Origin: Blastocatellia bacterium
GTDB lineage: Bacteria; Acidobacteriota; Blastocatellia; UBA7656
Length of the DNA: 64,000 bases
Assembly (NCBI GenBank): GCA_963765495.1
Contig: CAVXWP010000005.1
Location: 128,001 to 192,000 of the forward strand
Reading direction: 5' to 3'
Under the pieces are notes generated by a model. That model ran no database searches. It was not told the DNA's origin and was given only the letters and a program-made list of their open reading frames with translations. This document shows positions 22,135 through 31,308 of this stretch, piece after piece; within the stretch, counting starts at the first letter, position 1; the number at the start of each line of letters is the position of its first letter. The position numbers and the translations under genes are program-made.

Positions 22135-23172
22135 TCATTGAATGGTTTCGGCAGTTAAACCGGCAATTTCATAGCCACGCGGATGTTGCTGCATCCAGTC
22201 CCAGGCCGATTGGATGATCTCGCGCAAAGTGTACGCCGATGCAATCCATCCCAGTTCGATCCGCGCCATATCATTGCTCGCTACAAGCGAGGCCGCATCG
22301 CCCGACCGGCGCGGACCTATCCACATGGGGATGTCTGTGCCGGTCACCTCACAGGCGGCCTCTATCACCTCGCGCACACTAAAACCTTCGCCTCCGCAGC
22401 CCAGATTATAAATCCGATTTCGCTCTTCGAGACTGTTCAGCGCAAGAACGTACCCGCGAGCGAGGTCCGAGACATGCACATAGTCGCGTACGCAGGTTCC
22501 GTCGCGGGTGGGATAATTATCGCCGTGCACATAGATGCACGGCCTTCTTCCCAGAGCCGCCTGCAAGATTGTCGGTATCAGATGTTTTTCCGGTTCGTGC
22601 GCCTCGCCATGGCATGAGCTTGCCCCCGATACGTTGAAGCACCGCAGGATCGCATAGTGAAGGTCATAGCTTTGAGCGTGACTTTGCAGAATGCGCTCTA
22701 TGGCGAGTTTGCACTTGCCCTGAATGTTTATCGGGCTGGTCGTATCGCCTTCAACTATGATGCGTCTTTCAGGCTCTCCATAGACGGCAGCCGTTGAAGA
22801 AAATATGATTCGTTTTACTCCGGTCGCCGTCATCGCCTGCAACAACGAATTGCACGACGCAAGCATTTTCCTGTGATATTGCGCCGGTCTCAGTCTCGAC
22901 AACTCGGCAAAGCTATCGGCCAGATGTATGACGGCTTCTATGTGATAATTTTCCAGCGTGGCGCGCAGGATTTCACCGTCTATCAAATCGGCCTGGATAA
23001 AAGGCGCACCTTCGATTACTGCGCTCAGATGTCCTTCCGAAAGATTGTCATAGACGACTACCTCGTGCCCCGCGCGCATCAACTCTTCGCTCGTGACGCT
23101 CCCGATAAATCCTGCGCCTCCCGTAACCAGAATCCGCATCTTTTTTTCTCCTTCCAGGGGCACTAAAGGCAT
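22135..23172 (-). CDS. UDP-glucose 4-epimerase (GalE)-like protein with a substituted catalytic motif
   Basis: TGGAGFIG, FSSTAAVYG, HLIP, DGTCVRDYVHV; YxxxK reads QGKCK. Confidence 0.85.
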   Translation of the reverse strand: MPLVPLEGEKKMRILVTGGAGFIGSVTSEELMRAGHEVVVYDNLSEGHLSAVIEGAPFIQADLIDGEILRATLENYHIEAVIHLADSFAELSRLRPAQYHRKMLASCNSLLQAMTATGVKRIIFSSTAAVYGEPERRIIVEGDTTSPINIQGKCKLAIERILQSHAQSYDLHYAILRCFNVSGASSCHGEAHEPEKHLIPTILQAALGRRPCIYVHGDNYPTRDGTCVRDYVHVSDLARGYVLALNSLEERNRIYNLGCGGEGFSVREVIEAACEVTGTDIPMWIGPRRSGDAASLVASNDMARIELGWIASAYTLREIIQSAWDWMQQHPRGYEIAGLTAETIQ

Positions 23173-23200
23173 TTGAAATGTGAGATTCGAAATCTCAGAT
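23171..23200. repeat. 7-nt periodic repeat (ATTTGAA/ATCTCAG family)
   Basis: atttgaa-atgtgag-attcgaa-atctcag; similar to 31124-31153. Confidence 0.45.
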
Positions 23201-23362
23201 TCGGCATGCAGTTGGTCTCTGATGCCCGCGCGTCCACTCTAAGGGAGAGCATTTGAAAATGCGCTTTCGCCTGTTTGCCGTCTTGTGGGAGTAGCGGCAT
23301 CGGTCCGATTACACGGTATTGGACCTGTGATGACAGGCGCGCAACTCCTCGGGTAAAAATAG

Positions 23363-23378
23363 TGCAAAACCTGTGCCT
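23363..23378 (-). promoter_or_regulatory. Candidate sigma-54 promoter for the GalE-like gene
   Basis: Minus strand AGGCACAGGTTTTGCA, GG-N10-GC spacing with TTGCA. Confidence 0.55.
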
Positions 23379-23497
23379 ATAGCCTCAAGCATCGAGGAGC
23401 CGCGTCTAAAACGATATTGGCCGGGAGGCTGGGTTATTTCGGCGGGCTGATGGGACAAAGTTGGTTTAAGCCGGGCGATCACGCGCAGGCATTATTT

Positions 23498-24481
23498 TTA
23501 GTTCTTCAGCGCGTAATAACCGTCGCGATGGCGAGCGACCAGATCGGGATGGGATAATTTGACGCCCAGTTTTCGCCAGCGCCCGTCTCGTTTTTCGTTT
23601 GTGGAATAGTAGGTAAGCGTATATTGATTGCGAAGCTCGTCAACGACCGAGATAAATGTTTCTTCGAGATTGATCCCCTGCGGTGAGTGGATATAGCGAC
23701 CGCCCGACTTTTCGGCAAATTGCAGCATGTCTTGTCGCCCTCGACGTAATGAGAGCGCCTCTCTTCCACTCCCCATCAATAACTGGTCTTCGATCAGGTC
23801 AACCGAAAAGATCGTTATGCCGGAAGCGAGCGCCTTCTTGAGCGCCGAATCAAGCGAGGCTTTGCGGCTCGTATTATCACACCCGTCGGAGATGAGCAGT
23901 ATGGCCCGCCGTTTTTCGCTCCGCTTGCTTAGCGCCTCAACGGCTTCGTCCATGCAATCGTAAAGACGAGTCGAATCCTGCGCTTCGGCATCCCAGATGT
24001 AATCGCTGATGTCGTGCAGGGGCGAGAAATCCTGAAACATCCGCACTTCGTTGTTAAAACCGAATACGGCTACCTGATCGTTTTCCCTTATATGCTCTAC
24101 AAAGGAGGCCGCCGCGCCGCGAACAAGCCCGAATCTGTAAGCCATGCTGCCGCTCATATCAATCAGTATGGCCGCGGCAAAGGGCGCTTCTTCGGCGGAA
24201 AACGACTCCACTTTTTGCGGACGCCCGTCTTCAAGCACCGTGAAATCCGTGGCGCTCAATCCATGAGAGTATTGCCCCTCGTGATTGGTGACGGTCAGGC
24301 TCACTACGACCAGATCCGAGTGCAGACGCAACGCGCCGTCCTGATCCTGCTCAAAGAGAAGGGACGCCTCAGAAGGCCACGCAAGCCCCACTGCCATACA
24401 GAAGGTAAAAAAGAGTCTTGCCCACAAATGTAGCCGGAGGCGAGCGGGGTCTTGTCGGTCAGAGAGGCGTGTGAACATCAA
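23498..24481 (-). CDS. VWA-domain protein (acidobacterial VWFA-related)
   Basis: LHSDLVVVSLTV, FTVLEDG, MIDAS DMSGS, SDGCD, ELRNQYTLTY. Confidence 0.88.
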   Translation of the reverse strand: MMFTRLSDRQDPARLRLHLWARLFFTFCMAVGLAWPSEASLLFEQDQDGALRLHSDLVVVSLTVTNHEGQYSHGLSATDFTVLEDGRPQKVESFSAEEAPFAAAILIDMSGSMAYRFGLVRGAAASFVEHIRENDQVAVFGFNNEVRMFQDFSPLHDISDYIWDAEAQDSTRLYDCMDEAVEALSKRSEKRRAILLISDGCDNTSRKASLDSALKKALASGITIFSVDLIEDQLLMGSGREALSLRRGRQDMLQFAEKSGGRYIHSPQGINLEETFISVVDELRNQYTLTYYSTNEKRDGRWRKLGVKLSHPDLVARHRDGYYALKN

Positions 24482-24485
24482 ATAT

Positions 24486-25028
24486 TTACTTCCCGGCGCG
24501 GCGTATGTATCTGGCCAGATTGATCACTTCGTTTGATAAACCGATAACCTTTGCCGAAACTACATAGCGGGTTTCAGCCGTCATGCTTTCGTGGATATTG
24601 GTAACGGCGGCGTCCATCTGTTTTATCGCATCGGCCAGCGTTATTTTTTCTATGTCGTCATCCACCTTGCTGCCGCCCGCGTGGTTAAGCAGGTCTTTGG
24701 CGAGCTTTTCTATGGACCCTACTTTCTTCATGTCCTCGCTTGAAAGCGTGCCCGCCTCTTCATATTTCTTCGCCACATCTGCCGACAGAGTGGTCAGTTT
24801 TTCGACATCTTCGAGCGCTTCGCGGTGACGGCTTTCGGCTCGCTCTATCGCCAACCGCGCGCGCATGTCCGGCGGCAGATTCATATCCTGGTCGGTTAAA
24901 TCTCCGTCAAGCGGCGAGGAGGGACGCGGCGGCGGGGGTTGTTTGAGACCTGTAGGAGCGTTCTGGGCTATCGCCGAAGATGAAAGCCAAAGGATAAAAC
25001 TCGCTAGTATTAGGCCGCTCTTGTACAT
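24486..25028 (-). CDS. Secreted hypothetical protein
   Basis: Signal peptide, Pro-rich linker, helical body; tightly linked to the VWA gene. Confidence 0.7.
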   Translation of the reverse strand: MYKSGLILASFILWLSSSAIAQNAPTGLKQPPPPRPSSPLDGDLTDQDMNLPPDMRARLAIERAESRHREALEDVEKLTTLSADVAKKYEEAGTLSSEDMKKVGSIEKLAKDLLNHAGGSKVDDDIEKITLADAIKQMDAAVTNIHESMTAETRYVVSAKVIGLSNEVINLARYIRRAGK

Positions 25029-25248
25029 CCGATATTTCCTTAGTCTGGCGCGTTGGCTCGACAGCTAAAATTTTTATCACATCAGCGAATGCAACTTCAA
25101 ATGCCTGGAAGATAAGCCTTCACTCCGAGCGCCAATGATAAGGATCGTTTAAGTAATGAGAGCTTGCGAATTATCGCATCGTTTTTTGCGTCCACAAATA
25201 TCCATGCGACCAGAAGCCACAAGGATACTTCAGAGGTTTTCGGGCAGT

Positions 25249-25590
25249 TTATACCTTGAACATTCTGGCCAGATATTTTTCGGTCAGGTACATTACTACA
25301 AATGGAAGCAAGAGCACCAGTGCTACCGAAGATGTCTGAGCCGCGTCGTTGTCGGTTATCATGGGCCAGAGCGTGACGTGGATAGACATTCCGATCAGCG
25401 CCAGCATTGAAAGCATCAGGCCGGCAAATTTGTTTCCTACCTGCCAGGTCCTGTCATTGACCATAGAACGCGGCGAACCGTAACCGAGCAACCAGTTGCG
25501 TCTGAGTCTCGGGCTGAACCAGTACATGGTCGCGCCACAGAGAATCAGCAGCAAATCGCTCGCCATTAAAAGATATCCGTAAAGCTGCAT
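25249..25590 (-). CDS. SdpI/YhfL-like small membrane protein
   Basis: NWLLGYGSPRSM...TWQVGNKFAG pattern, three TM segments. Confidence 0.65.
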   Translation of the reverse strand: MQLYGYLLMASDLLLILCGATMYWFSPRLRRNWLLGYGSPRSMVNDRTWQVGNKFAGLMLSMLALIGMSIHVTLWPMITDNDAAQTSSVALVLLLPFVVMYLTEKYLARMFKV

Positions 25591-25812
25591 GACCTATCCC
25601 AACCCTATATTTCTGCAATAATCTCTTTTATTTATTGATGAAGGGGCTTACCTTCTGGCTACCCATTTAAGCTAAGGTGGGTTCCCACGTCAAGAGAATC
25701 TATAAAGCGGCAGAAGCATTCGGGCATTTGTAATAATGAAATAATAAGTTGCGGATTGTTTCATTACAGCATTCAGCATTGCCGAGGATCGTTTGAGGAG
25801 AATGATACCGTT

Positions 25813-28275
25813 CTATTTTGAGGTGAGCAGGCGGCCCATTGCGGCGGAGGCGAAGCCCAGCGTTTCACGACCCGCAATCGAATCCATACGGGCGGCGCGA
25901 AGCAGGCTTTCGATGCTGGTTCCATCTTCGGGGCTTATAGCAACTCCGATTTGAATCTGCAAATGGCCGCATACGGGGGACTGGTTTATGGTCTGAGCTA
26001 TGCGGTCGCGGACCTCAATGGCTTCGCCTTGATCGCTGTCGGGCAGAAGCACTATGAATGTGCCGTCGGTCTGACGGGCCACCATATCGGCCTGGCGCAC
26101 CTGCCGGGCTATCAATCCGGCAAGCGCTGCCGTTATCTGATCGCTTTCGGAGACGGCTTTGCCCTCTGCCGGGAAGCTGATTTCAAGCAACGAAATATGT
26201 GTGCCGAGCCTGAGACTCCGGGCTCGTTCGCGGTCAAACTGCGCCATCAGAGCGCGAATGTTTGCAAGCCCCGTTGCGGGATCGGTCAAGGCGAACGCTT
26301 GCGCCTGTTCGAATGCCTTCGCGTTATAGACGGCATCAGAGGCAGGCTGGCACACCGACTCCATCAGGTTGATGTCTTCGGTCTGGTAGGTTTCAAGCTC
26401 GGTCGAATAGAGCGCAATGGCTCCGAGCGATTCCTCGTTTTTGACCAGAGGAAAGACCATGAGCCCCTTGTAATTTTTTGCCACGTCCGCGCCGAGAAAT
26501 CCGAGGTCGAGCGCGGGGTTTGTATTGAACATAGCCCGCTGATTGGTAATGACCCAGCCTGTTATCCCAGCTTCGGCCGGTTGCCGCCGCTTGATGAGTT
26601 TTTCGGCGTGCAACCCCACCGCATGAGCTATTTCGAATTCGGACCGCGCAGGGTCGAAAAGCGAGATGGCACAGGTTGTAAAGGGGATCAGCTTCATGAG
26701 GCGATTGGCGAGAATCGCTATGGTGTCTTCGACCGGCAACACGCCCGCCAGTGTCCGCGACATTTCGTAGAGCGCCGACACGCGTTGATTTGTTTCGGCT
26801 ATTGAATTTATCGCCGCCCTGGCGCGGTCAAATTCGGGCGCGGCGGCAAAGCCAGAAGCGGGCGCGGCATCGGCCATCTGCCGCGAGCCGGTCTCGCCCT
26901 TCTTAGTCGCCTCGCGCCACTTCATTCCGGCGGCTTCCTTCTCCAGTTGATCCACGATGGAGAGAAACATCTGAACAAGCGCGGGATCGAAAAACGTCCC
27001 CGCGTTGTGCCCTATGTAATCGAGAGCCTCATCCCGGGTCATCGCTCTGTGATAGGGTCTGTCCGAGCGCAGCGCATCGTAATTATCGACCAGCGTCAGG
27101 ATGCGAGCCGTCTTTGGTATATCCTCGCCCTTCAGCCCGTCCGGGTATCCGCGACCATCCCATCGCTCGTGATGATGGCGGACTATCGGGACCACGGGGA
27201 AGCGGAAATTTATGTTCGACAGCATATCCGCGCCGATGATCGTGTGCATCTTCATCTGCTCGAATTCGTGTTTTGTAAGCTTGCCGGGCTTGTTTAGGAT
27301 ATAGGCAGGCACGCCTATCTTTCCTATGTCGTGAAGAAGCGCACCGGCTTTGAGGGCTTCGATTTCGAGTTCGGAAAGACCGGCTACCTCGCCCAATCTA
27401 CAGGCAAACAGCTTGACCCGCTGGATATGATCGTGAGTGACATCATCTTTGGCGTCTATCGCCATGGCCAGCATTTCGAGAATGGAATCGTAGATGCCTG
27501 TGATCTCGTGGTGATGTTCGGCCTGCTCACGGAGCTTTGCCTGATTTGTCTTGAAAGTGTAATAGACGATTATGGGGACGGGCATCGCAAGCACAAGCAC
27601 CACCAGCGTCGTTATGTATCCATAGTCGTAGAGGGTGAAGTTGATCAAACCCGCCACGGTCGCCGCGGCCAAAAAAGTCAAAGGCTCCCACAATTGTATG
27701 TCTCGGAAGAGCGTGGCAAGCCTTGCCCCAAAAGCAATATGCGACATCAACATGATGGCTACGACATTCAGGATGTAATGCACTAGCGCAAGCGTTATAA
27801 GCGGCACGACAAACATCAGCATTTGCCTGTCCAGCCCGGAAGCCACATCCTTGCTCAACAGGTAGACCGAGGCCAGGTAGTAAGCCTGTCCAGCTACATA
27901 GATCGAGATAGCTTGGGCCGAACCGTTAAAGATGTAGAGACTCAGGCTGGTTTTGAGGCGACGGCTCGACATCAAGGCCTCAAAGGCCGCAAGCAGAGCG
28001 CCGTGATAAGGACCAAGCGCCATGATGGCCAGATAGGTCAACGCTTCTGAAATGGATACGCTTGAGTGATTGCCGGAAAATTTTATGGGGTGTCGTGCGG
28101 AGGTCAAGGCCAGAATCAGCGCCAGAATCGCCAATCCAAGCACCGACCGGCTGCCCGCCGCATAGACTTCCGCCGCCGCCTTTACGATCATCGCGGTTGC
28201 GATGACCGCCATACCGGCAAGCAGAATTAAGCCTTTGGTTCCGTACCGCTTGAAATCTTTGTTGAGCGTTTCCAT
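25813..28275 (-). CDS. Membrane-anchored HD-GYP + GAF + degenerate GGDEF protein
   Basis: About 7 N-terminal TM segments; LLHDIGK, HHERWDGRGYP; GAF (GITGWV); GGDEF position reads RQTDGTF. Confidence 0.9.
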   Translation of the reverse strand: METLNKDFKRYGTKGLILLAGMAVIATAMIVKAAAEVYAAGSRSVLGLAILALILALTSARHPIKFSGNHSSVSISEALTYLAIMALGPYHGALLAAFEALMSSRRLKTSLSLYIFNGSAQAISIYVAGQAYYLASVYLLSKDVASGLDRQMLMFVVPLITLALVHYILNVVAIMLMSHIAFGARLATLFRDIQLWEPLTFLAAATVAGLINFTLYDYGYITTLVVLVLAMPVPIIVYYTFKTNQAKLREQAEHHHEITGIYDSILEMLAMAIDAKDDVTHDHIQRVKLFACRLGEVAGLSELEIEALKAGALLHDIGKIGVPAYILNKPGKLTKHEFEQMKMHTIIGADMLSNINFRFPVVPIVRHHHERWDGRGYPDGLKGEDIPKTARILTLVDNYDALRSDRPYHRAMTRDEALDYIGHNAGTFFDPALVQMFLSIVDQLEKEAAGMKWREATKKGETGSRQMADAAPASGFAAAPEFDRARAAINSIAETNQRVSALYEMSRTLAGVLPVEDTIAILANRLMKLIPFTTCAISLFDPARSEFEIAHAVGLHAEKLIKRRQPAEAGITGWVITNQRAMFNTNPALDLGFLGADVAKNYKGLMVFPLVKNEESLGAIALYSTELETYQTEDINLMESVCQPASDAVYNAKAFEQAQAFALTDPATGLANIRALMAQFDRERARSLRLGTHISLLEISFPAEGKAVSESDQITAALAGLIARQVRQADMVARQTDGTFIVLLPDSDQGEAIEVRDRIAQTINQSPVCGHLQIQIGVAISPEDGTSIESLLRAARMDSIAGRETLGFASAAMGRLLTSK

Positions 28276-28368
28276 GAGAGATTTTTATCTCAGTCGGAAT
28301 CGAATCATAGAGTCAAAAGAAAGGCGCAAGGATAATTATTGAGAAGGGGATCGGGGGCCTTTTAGAGA

Positions 28369-28422
28369 TCAAGGACAATAATAATCCCAGATTACGCCTG
28401 TGCAAACGCCAGGTCTGATCAT
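28369..28422 (-). CDS. Candidate 17-aa peptide MIRPGVCTGVIWDYYCP
   Basis: Manual translation; AAAGGAG RBS about 9-10 nt upstream of ATG; ends 93 bp upstream of the HD-GYP gene on the same strand. Confidence 0.55.
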   Translation of the reverse strand: MIRPGVCTGVIWDYYCP

Positions 28423-28769
28423 TAGAGAAGACTCCTTTCGCCGCTGATTTCTATTTGTATGAGCGCTCGAAGCTCGGTCTATCCTGGCCGTGAGCGCCAC
28501 ATCGAAAGTAAATTTGAGGTCAATTGATCGCATAACTGTATCCCGCCAGGCGGTTCAATTCCTTTACGGATAACACCGGCAGGTCTTGTTTCGAACCGCA
28601 CAGGCAAAATATACAATTCTGAGGCCAGGGTTAAAATCACCCGAGTTATATAGCTAAGTGCAGAAATAGCTGCGATTAATGAAAACGCTGTGATGATTTC
28701 CGACCGATCCGGCAGGTTTTTATCGGTCAGCTTGATATATTTCGTGCAATGATTCGGTCAAATTGAATC

Positions 28770-28913
28770 AGGGGCCGGGGGCCAGGGGTCGGGGGCCGGT
28801 GACAAGAAAAGGACGGCCAATCTGAAGAGGGATGTCAGCAAAAAGCATAAGAGGATCAATTTGGAGAAACCCAACCTCAGGCCCCGGCTCCTGACCCCTG
28901 GCCCCCGGCCCCT
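28770..28913. repeat. Inverted pair of 7-nt GGGGCCR-type arrays (~30-bp arms, ~80-bp spacer), MITE/REP-like
   Basis: aggggccgggggccaggggtcgggggccgg pairs with ggccccggctcctgacccctggcccccggcccct. Confidence 0.8.
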
Positions 28914-29549
28914 CAGATGATGAGAGGTTTGGTAGCCTCTTCGGGCCAGGGCGAAAACAGGGAGATGTAGCGGAGATAGCTGCGGGTTCCACCGGGTTCG
29001 CCGTCACTGCGCCGGATGTGGGCCTTTACGGTATCGAGTTCAAAATTGAGTGCTTTGATCTTATCATCGCGGCGCAGCGGGTCTTCGGAAGGGGCTTTTT
29101 CGGCCAGTTCATCGAGGGCCTCGCGTATGATGCGGCTCAAGTCCTGTATGCGCATCGAGGGGACGCGGTGCTCGTATATCAGACCGCTTGATTCGGTCTC
29201 TAAATTCCTGATGACATTCTCAAGCGCCATCTTCTAGATCGGCGTCCTTGAGATCGCGCAAATTCTCTCGATATGCCCTTATGATGGCGTCATCGATCAC
29301 ATAAAGCGTAGTGAGAATTTTTTCGTTTACGTTGAGTTCCAGCTTGCCTTCGGCTTCAAGTTCCTTTAAGCGCATCTGGTTTTCGCGCTCGGCAGCCGGA
29401 GGACGAGCAGCCTGCAAATAGGGACACGACTCGGGGCAGGCAAGCTCTATCATTCGATCCTGCGCGCAACAGACGGCGCAAATTTTTGTGCGAAGGGCGG
29501 GGCAATATCGCTTCGCCGTACGCTTGCTGCATCTTGGACAAATCGCCAT
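28913..29549 (-). pseudogene. Cys-rich (putative Zn-binding) hypothetical protein split by a frameshift near 29230
   Basis: ORFs 29220-29549 and 28913-29230 join as DLEMALE if one base is removed; N-terminal CPRC...CP...CAVCC...CPESC. Confidence 0.6.
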
Positions 29550-29746
29550 AAAAGACAGGTTACATTCCAGAACGGAAAAAGCGCAAGATCATCTGTGAAC
29601 CGGATGCCGGAACGAGCCGCCGCCGTCACAAAGGCGAATAGAAAGAATCAAAAACCTTCCTGTTTCGGGCCTTTTGGGCCGGTTTTCGGGCTTTGCCGAC
29701 AGTCGCCCCATTTGTGATAACCGGCCCTTTGCTTTACAATCTTGCC

Positions 29747-31123
29747 ATGCCCTGGTATCGAAAGCTCCACTGGCAAATCATAATAGGTCTATTGCTCGGA
29801 CTCGTCTACGGCATAGTCGCGGCAGCAAACGGGGGCGGCAAATTCACGGCCGACTGGATCGCCCCGTTTGGAAAGATTTTCATCAATCTGCTGAAGCTGA
29901 TAGCTGTCCCCCTGGTTCTGGCCTCGCTCATAACAGGTGTGGCTTCGCTTTCCGATCTCAGGAAGCTTTCGCGCATAGGCGGAAAAACCATCGCCATCTA
30001 TCTGGCTACGACTGCCGTCGCGGTGACCATCGGGCTTCTGCTCGTCAATCTGCTCAAGCCGGGTCATCAGGTGCCTGCCGATATGCGTGACCGCCTCCAG
30101 GCCACTTATCAGGTAGACGCTACGAAGGGGGAAGCCGCCGCCGAACAGGCAAAACAGCGCGGCCCGTTACAGCCCATCATAGACATGGTGCCGGACAACA
30201 TTTTCAGTTCCGCTTCAAACAACAGCAATATGCTTCAGGTAGTCTTCTTTGCGATACTGTTCGGCATAGGGTTGATTCAGGTTTCGGCCGATAAGGCGCG
30301 GCCCGTGCTCGCCTTCTTCGAAGGGTTGAATGATGTAGTGATAAGGCTTGTGGATCTCATAATGCTGATGGCCCCGATAGGCGTATTCGCGCTCATCGCC
30401 GACACCATCACAACAGTCGCTCACGATAACCTCTCGCAAGTCGGAGAACTGCTCGGGGCGCTCGGTTACTATTGCATAGTGGTCGTTTCAGGTCTGATCA
30501 TCCACACATCCATCGTCTATCCGTCCCTGTTGAAACTATTCACCCCCATGCCTGTGAGGACATTCTTTTCGGGCATAGGACCGGCTCAATTGCTTGCCTT
30601 TTCGACCAGTTCGAGCGGCGCTACGCTCCCCGTGACGATGGAGCGATGCGAAGAGAAACTCGGTGTCTCGGAAGAGGTATCCGCGTTTGTGCTGCCGCTC
30701 GGAGCTACGATCAACATGGACGGCACCGCGCTTTATCAGGCTGTCGCGGCCGTCTTTATAGCTCAGACCCTCGGGATGGGGCTTGGGCTTTCAGCCCAGT
30801 TGACCATAGTCTTTACAGCCGTGCTGGCTTCGATTGGAACGGCGGCCGTCCCCGGCGCAGGCATAATCATGCTCGTCATCATCCTTGAAGCCATTCAGGT
30901 TCCAAGCGCCGGTATAGCTTTGATTCTGGGAGTGGATCGAATACTCGATATGTGCCGCACCGTCACAAACGTGACCGGCGATGCTATGGTCGCCACCATC
31001 GTTGCCGCAACCGAAGGACAGCTCAGCCCGCCCGACCTCTCCGAAGCCTCGGACCGCATCCGCATCCGTTCTGAAAAAGAGTTTCGCGAAGCTCTGGAAC
31101 CGAGCCGCAAACCGGAGATTTAG
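29747..31123 (+). CDS. Dicarboxylate/amino acid:cation symporter (DAACS, GltP-like)
   Basis: AFSTSSSGATLP, GATINMDGT, DRILDMCRT. Confidence 0.93.
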   Translation: MPWYRKLHWQIIIGLLLGLVYGIVAAANGGGKFTADWIAPFGKIFINLLKLIAVPLVLASLITGVASLSDLRKLSRIGGKTIAIYLATTAVAVTIGLLLVNLLKPGHQVPADMRDRLQATYQVDATKGEAAAEQAKQRGPLQPIIDMVPDNIFSSASNNSNMLQVVFFAILFGIGLIQVSADKARPVLAFFEGLNDVVIRLVDLIMLMAPIGVFALIADTITTVAHDNLSQVGELLGALGYYCIVVVSGLIIHTSIVYPSLLKLFTPMPVRTFFSGIGPAQLLAFSTSSSGATLPVTMERCEEKLGVSEEVSAFVLPLGATINMDGTALYQAVAAVFIAQTLGMGLGLSAQLTIVFTAVLASIGTAAVPGAGIIMLVIILEAIQVPSAGIALILGVDRILDMCRTVTNVTGDAMVATIVAATEGQLSPPDLSEASDRIRIRSEKEFREALEPSRKPEI

Positions 31124-31308
31124 ATTTGAGAACTCAGAGCTCAGATCTCAAATAAGCCAGGGGAAATAGATCAATTTCCGGACTATATATCGAGTTTAGC
31201 GCGCCGGAAACTTCCCAAAATCCTCGCCAAGTATAAATTGACACTCTTTGTTTGCGCATATAGAATTTTCGACCAGTTCAACAGGTAAGGATCCTTTGCT
31301 TTTTTCCT

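Noticed and set aside
28440-28768. c-di-GMP riboswitch upstream of the peptide/HD-GYP locus
   Set aside because: I could not find the class I or class II consensus by eye; an Infernal/Rfam scan would settle it.
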